64,000 bases of DNA, from the NCBI GenBank assembly GCA_963715085.1, contig CAVQQU010000006.1, positions 31,906 to 95,905 of the forward strand, in the 5' to 3' direction. The translations under genes were made by a program, and so were the position numbers. This stretch comes from an uncultured Chloroflexia bacterium (GTDB taxonomy: Bacteria > Chloroflexota > Limnocylindria > Limnocylindrales > CSP1-4). Every line of letters begins with the position of its first letter. Positions within the stretch are counted from its first letter, which is position 1. Shown here one piece after another: positions 30,554 to 41,924 of this stretch. Below the pieces are notes generated by a model. It saw only the letters and a program-made list of their open reading frames with translations. It made no database searches and was not told the origin of the DNA.

Positions 30554-30704
30554 CCCTGCCTCGCGTGGCTCCCGGGCACGCGGGCGCGGAGCATAGCATC
30601 GGCACGGTGTGCGGCGAGGCACGGCATCCATCCCATGCGCGGGTCGGCCGGTCGCCGGTTGCTGGCCACCCCCGCCCGGCTCCATGCAACGAATCCGGGT
30701 CGAG

Positions 30705-30765
30705 CACGCTGCGTTCGATGCCCGGAATGCTGCCGGGGCCCGAATCGGTCACCGAACGCAGCGTG
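30705..30765. repeat. Perfect 13-bp inverted repeat enclosing a nested hairpin
   Basis: CACGCTGCGTTCG (30705-17) pairs with CGAACGCAGCGTG (30753-65). The 35-nt loop contains CCCGG-aatgctg-CCGGG. It sits in a 590-bp stretch without a convincing ORF. Confidence 0.8.
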
Positions 30766-31144
30766 GTGGGAGCCGAATCCTTTCACGGGGTTCGCCGCCG
30801 CCGGCCAGCCCAGACGTTGGGGTGCTTGCCGAGGCGCGCCTTCGACAGTCACGGGCGCGGCGCAGGCGGACCAGTGCCGTGGCTGCGGCACGGGCTGTTC
30901 CCACATCAACGCCACCCGGTTCGCCCCGCCCCTGGTCATCACGAGGAACGAGAGCAACTGGGCGATGGAATGCATCCGCCCGTGTGGTGACGATGCGGCA
31001 GGCGGCCGCGCGCCTGCGCCTGAGCTGCCGCGACCTCGGTCCGCTGTTACACGAACTCTAGGGACACCGACAGGCCGACCGCCCCGGGCGGGTACCATCA
31101 GGTCTCACGCGTCGCGGCGCGGCTGCGTGAGATCGTGCGCCGGC

Positions 31145-31220
31145 GCCCCCGTAGCTCAGGGGATAGAGCGAGGGACTTCTAATCCCGAGGTCGCAGGTTC
31201 GAATCCTGCCGGGGGCGCCA
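31145..31220 (+). tRNA. tRNA-Arg (anticodon TCT)
   Basis: Acceptor GCCCCCG/CGGGGGC, D-arm TAGCTCAGGGGATAGAGC, anticodon loop CTTCTAA, T-arm GCAGG-TTCGAAT-CCTGC, CCA encoded. Confidence 0.9.
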
Positions 31221-31292
31221 GTCTCCCACCGCTGGCTGCGCTCCGTGGTCGCCGGGGCCCGGGGGCCCGTGATGCGGTCGAGGTCCCAGGCC

Positions 31293-32967
31293 TTACGGCC
31301 GCGGCGGTTCCACGTCGGCGCGAATCTGCTCCTTGATCCGCTGGATGTGTCCGCGGCCGAGGGCCTTGACCTCGCAGCCAAGCTCGAAGTAGCGGCGGAT
31401 CTCGTCGTCGGAGAGGATGCCGAAGCAGTCGATCACCGCCAGCGGCCTGCCGGCCCACTGGACGACCTGCTCGGGATCGAGCTCCAGGTACGGCTCGTGC
31501 GGCACGGCCAGGATCACGGCCTCGGCGCCCTGCAGCGCGGCCGCCAGGTCCTTCTGCACGCGGATGTCCTCGCAGGTCGCTCCTGGTTGCGGAAGAACCG
31601 CGACCAGGAGTGGCCCGGGGACGGGTAGTCGTCCTGGCTCTCCAGCTCGTACCAGTGATCGACGTACGGGTCGTGGACCCGCATCTCGGCGCCCATCTCG
31701 GTGAGCTTGCGCACGACCATCTCCGAGCCGCTGTAGCGCGTGTCGCCGACGTCCTGGCGGTAGCTGGCCCCGCAGATCAGCACGTCGGCGCCGGCGATGT
31801 AGCGGCCCATGTTCCGCAGGGCGTCGCGGGTCAGCTCGGCCACGTGCAGGGCGCGGGTGTCGTTGATGTCGACGGCCGTCGGGCTGATCTTGAAGACCTG
31901 GTCGCCGTCCTCGAAGCCGAGGATGTGCTTGTAGGCCCAGTAGCCCAGGCCGGCGTCCTTGGGCAGGCAGTAGCCGCCGATGCCCGGGACCGGGGAAGAT
32001 CATGTTGCTGTGCGTGGGCCGCATCTTGATGGCCTTGATGACCTTGATCAGGTCGACGCCGTTGCGCTCGGCGAAGAGGCTCCACTCGTTCAGGAACGCC
32101 AGGATCGTCGCCCGGTAGGAGTTCTCGACGATCTTCGTGGTCTCCGACTCGATCGGCCGGTCCATGACCGTCAGCGGGAACTTCTCGGTGTTGAGCACTT
32201 CGCGGAGGAACTTCTCGACGCGGCGGCGGGCCTCGTCGTTGCAGCCCGAGCAGACGCGCCAGAAATCGCGGATCGACGAGACGTATTCGCGGCCGGGCAT
32301 GACCCGCTCGAAGCTGTGGGCCAGCAGCGGCTCGCTCTCGATGCCCCGGGCGGCGAAGGCCTTCTTCATGATCGGCCAGGCCACGAACTCCGTCGTGCCC
32401 GGGGCCACGGTGGTCTCGATCAGCGTCAGGCAGTGCGGCTGGACCTTCTCGCCGATGGTCCGCATGGTCGCTTCCAGGGCGCTCATCTCCGCCTCGCCGG
32501 TCCGCATGTTGCCCAGGTCGTGCTTGGTGTAGTCGCACTGCACGTCGACCACCACGCAGTCGGCCAGCGCCAGGCAGTCGCTGTTGAAGGTGGCGATGAG
32601 CGTCTTCTTCTCGGTTCACGCAGCGGGCGATCATCGGATCGACTTCGGGATCCTCGGCCTTGACCGGCGACTCGCCGCGGTTGAGCAGCGGGATCTTCCA
32701 GTAGCTGCGCGCGCTGGGCCGCTGGCAGCCGATGACGAACTTGCTCGGCTTGCCGGTCTTCTTGTCGACCGTGTCGGCGATGATGGCGGCCATCACCGCG
32801 CCGACGAACCCCACGCCCATGACCACGACGATCTCCTTGCCGTCGTCACGGGCCGCGCGGACGAGCTTCTCCAGGTGCGCCATCTCGGCGAGACGATCGC
32901 CCTCGCTCGGGAGGGGGAACATCTCCCCCGAGGGACTGACCGAATGCGACTGCTCTGCCACCGGCAT
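31293..32967 (-). CDS. Nucleotide-sugar dehydrogenase (UDP-glucose/GDP-mannose dehydrogenase family), at least 4 frame breaks
   Basis: Rossmann N-terminus IVVVMGVGFVGAVMAAIIA, then TLIETTVAPGTT, ETTKIVENSYRATILAFLNEWSLFAERNGVDL, PGPGIGGYCLPKD (after a frame join) and LICGASYRQDVGDTRYS. The pieces lie in ORFs 31831..32967, 31293..32555 and 31514..31843. Confidence 0.75.
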
Positions 32968-33123
32968 TCTCCTGATGACCTGATCCGTGTCAGCCCGTTG
33001 GGCTCGGGCACCGAGTGTTGCGGGGTCTGACCCGCCATGCTACGCGACGATCACCGCGGCCTGTCTGAATTGCCGCGAGCCGCGAGGACACGGGCGACTG
33101 ACAGTGGCTGGAGGAGATCCGAG

Positions 33124-33336
33124 ATGGTGGAGAAGCCAGAGCCAGAGCGCAGGTCGGGGTCGGCCGCCCAAGGCCAGAGCATCCGTGCCGCGCTGGTCGA
33201 CGCGCGCATCGCGGCCCGGCGCTGGGGCGACCGCCTCCGCTGGGCGCGCGTCATCCTCGCGGTCCTGGCTCAGGTCGTCATCACGTTCATCGCCTGGCGC
33301 CTCTGGGTATGGCGTGCCCGACGCCGCCGACGGTGA
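33124..33336 (+). CDS. Hypothetical small membrane protein (70 aa)
   Basis: GGAGGAG precedes ATG 33124. One TM helix (VILAVLAQVVITFIAWRLWVW) is followed by an Arg-rich tail. It is divergent from the dehydrogenase gene. Confidence 0.35.
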   Translation: MVEKPEPERRSGSAAQGQSIRAALVDARIAARRWGDRLRWARVILAVLAQVVITFIAWRLWVWRARRRRR

Positions 33337-33414
33337 ACCGAGGGCCGCGGCTGTGGGCGGTAGATCACGGTAGTCGCGCAGGCTTGGGAAGGCTCCGCGC
33401 GCACGGCCGCAGCT

Positions 33415-33459
33415 GACTTCCAGTTCGCAGGTCGCAGGCGCGAATCCCTGCCGGGGGCG
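33415..33459 (+). repeat. Degenerate copy of the 3' half of tRNA-Arg (att-like remnant)
   Basis: GACTTCCAGTTCGCAGGTCGCAGGCGCGAATCCCTGCCGGGGGCG aligns to tRNA-Arg 31174-31217 at 37 of 45 positions in my hand alignment, in the same orientation. No matching 5' acceptor strand lies upstream. Confidence 0.65.
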
Positions 33460-33669
33460 GCCCGAGAGGCTATCCGGTCCGCGAGCGCGGCTGCCTCCGG
33501 TGCGCGCTCGCACCGGACCTCCGGGTCCCTCCGGCCCCATCACGAAGGTACGGCTTTCGCGGGCCCTCCCTGAACCCCTAGCCTCCACCCAGTCAACGAC
33601 GCGAACCGCACCCGTGCCACCCCGAACGTCCCCGGCGCCCCGGGAGCGAACCAGTCGAGGACACTCCGC

Positions 33670-33867
33670 ATGGCCGTCAGCGACCTCGGACCCCTGCTCA
33701 CCGCGAGCGAGGTGGCCGAGATGCTCCATCTGCACGTCAACACCGTGAAGCGCCTGGGCGACCGCGGCGAGCTGCCGTTCTTCCGTGTCTGCTCGCGCGG
33801 GGACCGCCGCTTCCGGCTCGAGGACGTCATGGCGTTCCTGACGCGGAACGCCCGCCTGACCGCCTGA
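33670..33867 (+). CDS. Excisionase-family / MerR-like helix-turn-helix DNA-binding protein (65 aa)
   Basis: LLTASEVAEMLHLHVNTVKRLGDRGELPFFRV..RRFRLEDVMAFL is the typical excisionase-family HTH_17 pattern. Confidence 0.7.
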   Translation: MAVSDLGPLLTASEVAEMLHLHVNTVKRLGDRGELPFFRVCSRGDRRFRLEDVMAFLTRNARLTA

Positions 33868-33922
33868 CCGCTCGCCCGGCTGACCGCCCCGACGCCAGCG
33901 CGCGCCCACCCGGGCGCGACCC

Positions 33923-35271
33923 TCAGCGTGTCGAGGCAAGCACCCGGTCGAAGATCGCGAGCGCCTCGGCGATCTCCTCGCTCGTCACGTCGAGCGGCGC
34001 GATCCAGCGGATCACGTTGTGCTCGACGCCGCAGCTGAGCAGCAGCAGGCCTTCGTCGGCGCACCCCTGGATCACGGCCGTCGCAGAGCGCCCCGTCCGG
34101 CTCGCGGGTGGCGCGCTCCTTGACGAACTCCAGGCCGATCATCAGGCCGGGACCGCGGACGTCGCCGATCCTCGCGTCGCGGGAGGCAATCTCCAGCAGC
34201 CCACCGGTCAGCTCCGCCCCGCGCGCCGCCGCGTTCGCCACGAGGTCCCGCTCGCGGATCTCCTCGAGGACGGCGAGGCCCGCCGCGCAGCTCACCGGGT
34301 TCCCGCCGAAGGTCGCCTCCGTGGGCGCCCTTGCCCCAGCGCTCCTGGAGCGCCTTCGAGCTGGCGATCGCGGAGAGGGGCAGGCCGTTCGCGATCGCCT
34401 TGGCCATGCAGACGACGTCGGGGACGATCCCGGCGTGCTCGAACGACCACATCTTCCCGGTCCGCCCGAAGCCCGCCTGGGCCTCGTCGGCGACCAGCAG
34501 GATGCCGTGCCGGTCGCAGACGCGCCGCAGGATCTGGAGGAAGGCCGGCGGCGCCGGGACGTAGCCGCCCTCGCCCTGGACCGGCTCGATGACGATCGCG
34601 GCGACCTCGTCCGGCGAGATCGTCGAGTGGAACAGGTCGCGCAGGTGGCGGAAGGCGACCGCGACGGCCCGCTCCTCGTCGCCCCCGAAGTCGCGGTAGA
34701 CAGACGGGAACTGGCTGAGGTAGACGCTCGGCAGGAGCGGCTCATAGCCCTGCCGGTAGTTGGGGTTCGAGCTGGTGATGCTGATGGCGCCGAACGTGCG
34801 CCCGTGGAACGCGCCGCGGAAGGCGACGATCCCGGGCCGCCCGGTGACCCGACGGGCCAGCTTGAGGGCGGCCTCGACTGCCTCGGTGCCGGAGTTCATG
34901 AAGAAGATCGAGTCGATGGGATCGGGGAGCGTCTTCGCCAGCTCGATGGCCAGGCGCACGGTCGGCTCCGCGTAGCCGATGGCGGACATGGGGCCCATGA
35001 GGCGGTCGACCTGGGCGTGGACGGCGGCGGTGACGCGCGGGTTGCGGTGACCCAGGACGCTGACGGCGATCCCGTTGGCGAAATCGAGATAGGAGTTGCC
35101 GTCCGTGTCGAAGAGGCGGTGGCCCTCGCCGTGGGACCAGGACCGCTCGAAGTAGCGACCCAGGACGGGGGTCAGGTTGTCGGCCGCGAGCGCGGCGAGA
35201 TCGAGCCCCGTGGCGACTGGAGCGGCCGGGGCGGCCGCGTCGGACGTGGCGGAGGGAGGCGGCGTTTCCAT
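33923..35271 (-). CDS. Class-III (omega) aminotransferase, about 2 frame breaks
   Basis: Segments FMNSGTEAVEAALKLAR, AFHGRTFGAIS, IVIEPVQGEGGY, LLVADEAQAGFGRTGKMW and MAKAIANGLPLSA (PLP Lys). The tail FGGNPVSCAAGLAVLE .. LLLLSCGVEHNVIRWIAPL is recovered after frame joins. Confidence 0.85.
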
Positions 35272-35429
35272 GAGGCGACCCTCGGGTTCGTCGCCGGCCG
35301 GGCCGGGCTGCGGCGGGCTGCGGCGGACCATGGCCGAGTATAGGGGCCGGCCATCTACAATCTCAGGGCCGGGCGCCTTCGACGCGACCTTTCACCATCA
35401 CCCGTCGCCCGGCAGGAGCCAGCCGTCCC

Positions 35430-36653
35430 GTGATCGACTTCGGCCTGTCCGAGGAGAACCGCCTCGTCCGCCAGTCCATCCGCGAGTTCGTCGACGCCGA
35501 GATCCTCCCGAACATCCGGGAGTGGGACGAGAAGGGCGAAGCTCACGCCGAGGTCTTCGCGACGATGGGCGAGCTCGGCTATCTCGGGGCACCGATCCCC
35601 GAGGAGTGGGGCGGCGCCGGCCTGGACTACGTCTCGTTCGCCATCCTGTGCGAGGAGCTCGAGCGCGCCGACACGGCCTACCGGGTCGTGCTGAGCGTCC
35701 ACGCCGGCCTCAACTCGCTGGCGCTCCTCCAGTGGGCGACCGACGAGCAGAAGCGGCGCTGGCTCGTGCCCCAGGCGCAGGGCAAGAAGCTGGCGACCTT
35801 CGCGCTGACCGAGCCGGGTGTGGGCACGGACGCCGCGGCGCTCCAGTCGACCGCCCGGCGCGAGGGCGACGCCTACGTCCTCAACGGCAGCAAGATCTGG
35901 ATCAGCCTGGCCGACCTCGCCGACCACTTCCTCGTCTTCGCCTCGGTCGACCGGTCGAAGCGACACCGCGGCGTGACGGCGTTCATGGTCGAGCGGGGGA
36001 TGAAGGGGCTCACGACGGGGACGCTCCACGGCAAGCTGGGGATCCGGGCGGGGAACACCGGGCTCATCACGATGGACGACCTCGAGGTGCCGGTCGAGAA
36101 CCGGATCGGCGAGGAGGGCGAGGGTTTCCTCGTGGCCATGAGCGCGATCGACCAGGGCCGCTACACCGTGGCGGCCGGCGCGGTCGGCCTGGCCCAGGCC
36201 TGCCTGGACGCGAGCGTGCGCTACGCGCACGAGCGCGAGACGTTCGGCGAGGAGATCGGGCGCCACCAGCTGGTCAAGCAGATGATCGCCAACATGGCCA
36301 AGGGGACCGAGGTCGGCCGGCTCCTCGTGTGGCGCGCGGGCTGGCTGAAGAACCACGGCGTGCGGACCACGCGCGAGACGTCGGTCGCGAAGTGGCACGC
36401 GACGGAGCACAGCGTGCAGGCGGCGCTCGATGCGATCCAGGTCCACGGCGCCAACGGCTACTCGAACGAGTTCCCGGTGGAGCGCTACCTCCGGAACGCG
36501 AAGGCCGCCGTGATCTACGAGGGAACGAGCCAGCTCCACACGCTGATCCAGGCCGACTACGCCCTCGGCTACCGCGAGGACCGCCCGATCCGCTGCGAGC
36601 CTCTGCCGGCCCAGGGATTCGAGCGCTGGCCGGCGCTGGGGCGGCATGACTGA
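35430..36653 (+). CDS. Acyl-CoA dehydrogenase
   Basis: Intact 407-aa ORF with FALTEPGVGTDAAAL, NGSKIWISLA, QVHGANGYSNEFPVERYLRNAKAAVIYEGTSQ. Confidence 0.9.
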   Translation: MIDFGLSEENRLVRQSIREFVDAEILPNIREWDEKGEAHAEVFATMGELGYLGAPIPEEWGGAGLDYVSFAILCEELERADTAYRVVLSVHAGLNSLALLQWATDEQKRRWLVPQAQGKKLATFALTEPGVGTDAAALQSTARREGDAYVLNGSKIWISLADLADHFLVFASVDRSKRHRGVTAFMVERGMKGLTTGTLHGKLGIRAGNTGLITMDDLEVPVENRIGEEGEGFLVAMSAIDQGRYTVAAGAVGLAQACLDASVRYAHERETFGEEIGRHQLVKQMIANMAKGTEVGRLLVWRAGWLKNHGVRTTRETSVAKWHATEHSVQAALDAIQVHGANGYSNEFPVERYLRNAKAAVIYEGTSQLHTLIQADYALGYREDRPIRCEPLPAQGFERWPALGRHD

Positions 36654-37026
36654 AACCGAGCGGCCGACCCCGGTCACGACGGAACCCGGGCCCCTCGAGC
36701 CGGAGGCCTCGGGGCCCCGCCCCGTGGACTACGACCCCCCGTGGCGGGAGGCGCGTCGGCGGGTCGCAGCGGCCTGGGTCGACCGCGGGAAGCGGACCCG
36801 CGTCGTGCTGGTCGTCGGGGGCGTCGTGGCGGTCGGGCTGGTCGGGGCGTTCCTCTTCGGCCTGTGGCACGTTGCGGTCGGCGGGCTGGTGAGGGGCAAC
36901 TGGAACGCCGCCGGCTTCGGGTTCGCCCTCGCCAGCGTGACCGGCGTCCTGCTCTGGATCGAGGCATCGGTCGCGCGCCGGCTCCTTCCGCCCGCCGGCG
37001 CACCCGATCCTGGGGCGCGATCGTGA
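36646..37026 (+). CDS. Hypothetical membrane protein (126 aa)
   Basis: The ATG overlaps the acyl-CoA dehydrogenase stop. Two TM helices are present (VVLVVGGVVAVGLVGAFLFGLW and FGFALASVTGVLLWI). Confidence 0.5.
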   Translation: MTETERPTPVTTEPGPLEPEASGPRPVDYDPPWREARRRVAAAWVDRGKRTRVVLVVGGVVAVGLVGAFLFGLWHVAVGGLVRGNWNAAGFGFALASVTGVLLWIEASVARRLLPPAGAPDPGARS

Positions 37027-37121
37027 CGCACGAGGAATTCGTGTCGCTGGCAGATCGCTCCGCCGCCGGCCTCGCGACCGGCAACGCAGCTGCCGCGGCA
37101 GCCTGCTTCGCGGAGACTTGA
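37023..37121 (+). pseudogene. 32-codon N-terminal fragment resembling SnoaL/NTF2-like proteins
   Basis: The GTG overlaps the previous stop. VTHEEFVSLADRSAAGLATGNAAAAAACFAET is then followed by a stop, 3 bp before the stop of the convergent lyase gene. Confidence 0.3.
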
Positions 37122-37124
37122 CCC

Positions 37125-38517
<1,393 letters not shown>

Positions 38518-38665
38518 CGTGTGGAGCGGTTCGGTGCGCCATGGGGTTCGGCTCCTGGTTCGGGGACGTATGAGTCCATGATCGGCAGACGGGGAGGGCT
38601 CGTGTGCCGCGCCCCGCGCGGTCGCGGCCCCGCGGCGCGTCCCGCGCGCGGCGGGCGTTCGGCGA

Positions 38666-39628
38666 TCAGCCCGGCTCGCCCACCTCCTCGGGCACGGTCC
38701 TCTGGGCCTCGCCGCGACGGGCGCGCACGATGACGGCCACCGCGACGACGATGATGGCCCCCGCCACGATCGTGCGCGGCTCCAGCGGCTCGGCCAGGAC
38801 GAGCGAGCCGAGGATGACCGCGATCACGGGGTTGACGAAGGCGTACGTCGAGACCAGCGAGATCGGCGCGACGCGAAGGAGCCAGGTGTAGGCCGTGTAG
38901 CCCACGAGCGAGCCGATGGCGATCAGGTAGACGATGGCCGCCAGGGACTCCGGGGCGATCTCGGCCACGCGCAGGCGGAAGATGTCGCCCGTGATCGTGG
39001 CCAGGACGAAGATCACCGCGCTCCCCGCGAGCATCTGGATGGCCGTCCCGACCAGCGGGCGGCGCGGGACGTGGGCGGTCCGGCTGTAGAGCGAGCCGAT
39101 CGCCCAGAAGACGGGCGAGAGGAGGCAGAGCAGGACGCCGAACGGGTCGAGGCCGCCGGATGCTCCCGAGGGCCAGACGAGGACGGCCACGCCGACGAAG
39201 CCGATGACGGTCCCGGCGACGATCGTCCTGGTGAGGACGACGCCGAAGAAGACCCGGCCGAGGATCGCGACCCAGAGCGGCAGGGTGGCGATGATCAGGG
39301 CGGCAATCCCCGACGGGACGGTCTGCTCTGCGATCGCGAGGAGCCCGTTGCCGCCGGCCAGGAGCAGGCCGCCGATGATCGCTGCGTCGCGCCACTCGAG
39401 GCGCCCGGGGCGGTCCGCGGCCGCGTCGCCGCTCCGGATCGTGAACAGGTAGAGGAGCGACCCCGCGATCAGGAAGCGCACGGCCGACCCGGTCAGGGGC
39501 GGGATCGTCTCGACGGCGATCCGGATGGCGAGATACGTGGAACCCCAGACGATGTAGAGCGTGACGAGGGCCAGCGCGATGCGGACCTGGGACGCCGGGG
39601 TGAGGGCGGCTGCCGGGCGGGAAGACAT
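38666..39628 (-). CDS. DMT-superfamily (EamA-like) transporter
   Basis: Intact ORF with about 10 TM helices and two EamA-like halves (LYIVWGSTYLAIRIAVE.. and ..VSTYAFVNPVIAVILG). Confidence 0.8.
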   Translation of the reverse strand: MSSRPAAALTPASQVRIALALVTLYIVWGSTYLAIRIAVETIPPLTGSAVRFLIAGSLLYLFTIRSGDAAADRPGRLEWRDAAIIGGLLLAGGNGLLAIAEQTVPSGIAALIIATLPLWVAILGRVFFGVVLTRTIVAGTVIGFVGVAVLVWPSGASGGLDPFGVLLCLLSPVFWAIGSLYSRTAHVPRRPLVGTAIQMLAGSAVIFVLATITGDIFRLRVAEIAPESLAAIVYLIAIGSLVGYTAYTWLLRVAPISLVSTYAFVNPVIAVILGSLVLAEPLEPRTIVAGAIIVVAVAVIVRARRGEAQRTVPEEVGEPG

Positions 39629-39728
39629 GCCGAGCAGGATCGCACCTCGGGCCGCGGCGCGTGCGGGCAGTTCGGCTGTCCGCGGCATCCGGGCGAGTCG
39701 CCTGTCCCGCGTGCGACAATCCGCCACG

Positions 39729-40744
39729 ATGCGCCTGGACGATCGATTCGATGACCTCGTCACGAGCTTGGGCGGTTTCTACCGCGCCTGGGTGATCCAG
39801 CTTGGGCTCGAGCTCGGGTTGTTCACGGCGCTCCGGGCGGCGGAGCCACGCGGCCTGGCGCCCGCCGAGCTCGCGGCGGCGACGGAGACCGCCGCGGACC
39901 CGATCGCCGCCTGGTGCCGAGCCGCCTATGCCTGCGATCTCGTGGACGACGACGGCGAGCGCCTGCACCTCGACGACGTGACGGCGTCGATCCTCCTGGA
40001 CGTGGACCGACCCGAGTACCTCGGCGGACAGTTCGCCTACACCGTGACGGCCAGCCTCGACTACGCCGACATGGCCCAGCTCCTGCGGACGGGGCGCACG
40101 GTCGCGGTCCGTCCGCCCCGCTACTACCGCTCGATCGAGCAGCTGACCCAACAGGACATCGCCGTCTTCTTCGAAGAGGCGCTGGCTGCCATGCCGAACC
40201 TCGTGACGCTGCTGGCCGGTGGTGCCGACGTGGTCGACCTGCACTGCGGCGGCGGCCGCTGGCTCGTGGCCGTCGCGCGCCGGTTCCCGGCGGCGCGGCT
40301 GGTCGGCGTCGAGTCCGAGCCCGATTCGACGGCCCGGGCGATGCGACTTGTCCAGGAGGCCGGCCTCGGAATCCCGGATCCGCATCGAGGCGCGGGAGGT
40401 GGCCGCGATCACGCATCGCGCAGCCTTCGACCTCGCCTACTTCCAGCAGGCCCTGCACGAGCTCGCGGACCCGGTGGCCGTGCTCGAAGCCGCGTGGCGC
40501 GCGCTCCGCCCCGGGCGGCTGGCTCCTGGTCCTCGGCTGGTGCCTGCCGTCCAGCCTCGACGACCTGGCGACGCTTCATGGCCAGCTCATCACCGGGGTG
40601 GCGCTCGACGAGGCGCTCCACGGCGGTCGGCTGCGCACGGTGGACGAGCATGTCCTCCTGTTCGCGGCTGCCGGTCTGCCGGCACCGGAGGCGATCGCCC
40701 TGCCGTCGGACGCTGTGCTGCTCGTGGTCCAGCGACCGGCCTGA
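39729..40744 (+). CDS. SAM-dependent methyltransferase with N-terminal dimerisation-like domain (about 2 frame breaks)
   Basis: Motif I VVDLHCGGGRWLVAVARRFP, then RLVGVE, and after frame joins FDLAYFQQALHELADP and GGWLLVLGW. Confidence 0.7.
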
Positions 40745-40800
40745 CCCAGGTTGCCGCGACCCACGGCCACGCCTGGCGGCGGGTGGACTACCATCGAGCC

Positions 40801-41244
40801 ATGATGGAGATCGATGCCGCACCCACCTTCCGCGACGCGGAGCCCGCCGACGCTGACTGGATCGCCGGGCTCCTCTCGGACGAGGGCTATCCGGCGGGGG
40901 CCAGCGATGTCATCCGCCGCCTCGAGCGCTTTGCCGAGATCGGGTCGCTGGTCCGGATCGCGGAGCGCGATGGAGAGCGACTCGGGTTCATCGCCGTCCA
41001 CCTGGTTCCGCGCTTCGAGCAGGACGACCACCTCGCCCGCGTGATCGCGATGGTGGTCGATCCGGCCATTCGATCGCGCGGAGTCGGCCGGGCGCTCTTG
41101 GCCGAGGTCGACCGCGTGGCGGCCGACGCCGGGTGCGCCTTCGTCGAGGTGACGGCGGGTCACCACCGCGCGGATGCCCGCCGGCTCTTCGAGGCGGCGG
41201 GTTTCGACGCCTCGCTCACCACGTACCTTCGGAAGCATCGCTGA
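40801..41244 (+). CDS. GNAT family N-acetyltransferase
   Basis: Intact 147-aa ORF. The acetyl-CoA motif VVDPAIRSRGVGRALL and the tail ARRLFEAAGF are present. Confidence 0.8.
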   Translation: MMEIDAAPTFRDAEPADADWIAGLLSDEGYPAGASDVIRRLERFAEIGSLVRIAERDGERLGFIAVHLVPRFEQDDHLARVIAMVVDPAIRSRGVGRALLAEVDRVAADAGCAFVEVTAGHHRADARRLFEAAGFDASLTTYLRKHR

Positions 41245-41348
41245 GCGCAACGCCGTTCCCCTGGCTGCGCCTGCAGGACTGGACCCAGGCGCTCTGCGCC
41301 CTCTCCTGGGAGCCGTCGCTGGGCCGGTGACGGCCAGGCTGCGGACCG

Positions 41349-41924
41349 CTACCAGCGCTCCTCGTGGACCAGGTCGGCGAGCGCGCGCCGGCCACCCGCC
41401 CGCTTGGGCGCCGTGAGAAGCGCCGGGTCGGCCGGGTAGCCAAAGGACAGGATGAACTCGCAGTGCCAGTCAGCCGGGTAGCCGAGGAGCTCGCGCGCCC
41501 GCGCGTGCTCGTAGACGGTGGCCGGAACGCTGCCGATCCCGAGCTCCCAGGCTGCGAGGACCATGCTCTGGGCCGCCCGGCCCAGGTCCCACATGACCGA
41601 GAGGGGAGCGTCCGTCGCCGCCGGATCGGGGGTCAGGAGGGCGATCGCGGCCGCGGCGCCAGCGAGGTGACCGGCCCAGGGTCCCAGGGTGGCGAGCTCG
41701 GCGAGGTGGGCAGGATCCCGACAGACGATGAATGCCCAGCGCTGCTTGTTCTTGGAGCTGCCCGTCCGCCGGCCCGCGTCCAGGAGGCGCTCCACGACCC
41801 ACGGCTCCAGCGGCCGCCCCGAGAACTCGCGGATCACCCGCAGCGAGTCGATGGCCTCCCAGGTCCCGAGAGCAGGCTGCAGATCGCGACCCGGCATGGT
41901 TGTCTCCTCCGTGTTGTCGCTCAC
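41349..41924 (-). CDS. Nitroreductase family protein
   Basis: Intact 191-aa ORF with LDAGRRTGSSKNKQRWAFIV, GRAAQSMVLAAWELGIGS and FGYPA. Confidence 0.75.
   Translation of the reverse strand: MSDNTEETTMPGRDLQPALGTWEAIDSLRVIREFSGRPLEPWVVERLLDAGRRTGSSKNKQRWAFIVCRDPAHLAELATLGPWAGHLAGAAAAIALLTPDPAATDAPLSVMWDLGRAAQSMVLAAWELGIGSVPATVYEHARARELLGYPADWHCEFILSFGYPADPALLTAPKRAGGRRALADLVHEERW

Noticed and set aside
30520-31098. Minus-strand ORF 30520..31098 as the missing restriction endonuclease or controller protein of the methyltransferase.
   Set aside because: Only the first ~40 codons (MHSIAQLLSFLVMTRGG..) show coding-like GC3 bias and the rest degenerates. No PD-(D/E)xK, HNH or HTH pattern is recognisable. 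I mention it as a possibility but do not call it.
30554-31144. RNase P RNA, tmRNA, SRP RNA or 6S RNA in the ORF-poor region next to tRNA-Arg.
   Set aside because: I could not find the universal P4 sequence GAAAGUCCGGGC or ACAGAAxCCGGCUUA. There is no tRNA-like 3' end with a resume codon context, and no SRP GGAA/AGCA domain-IV motif. The nearest look-alike (GTGAAAGGATTCGGCTCC on the minus strand) is too divergent. The region is left as unassigned structure.
33360-33466. A functional tRNA, or a selC-like long-arm tRNA, at the tRNA-Arg-like repeat.
   Set aside because: The T-arm has an extra base. No 5' acceptor strand complementary to CGGGGGC lies upstream. The putative anticodon stem-loop does not form a 7-nt loop. 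It is treated as a partial repeat only.
27972-33867. An intact prophage, ICE or transposon in the tRNA-flanked accessory stretch.
   Set aside because: No integrase, transposase, replication, capsid or conjugation gene is present in any frame that I could read. Only remnants are visible: the att-like repeat, the excisionase-type HTH and the orphan methyltransferase.
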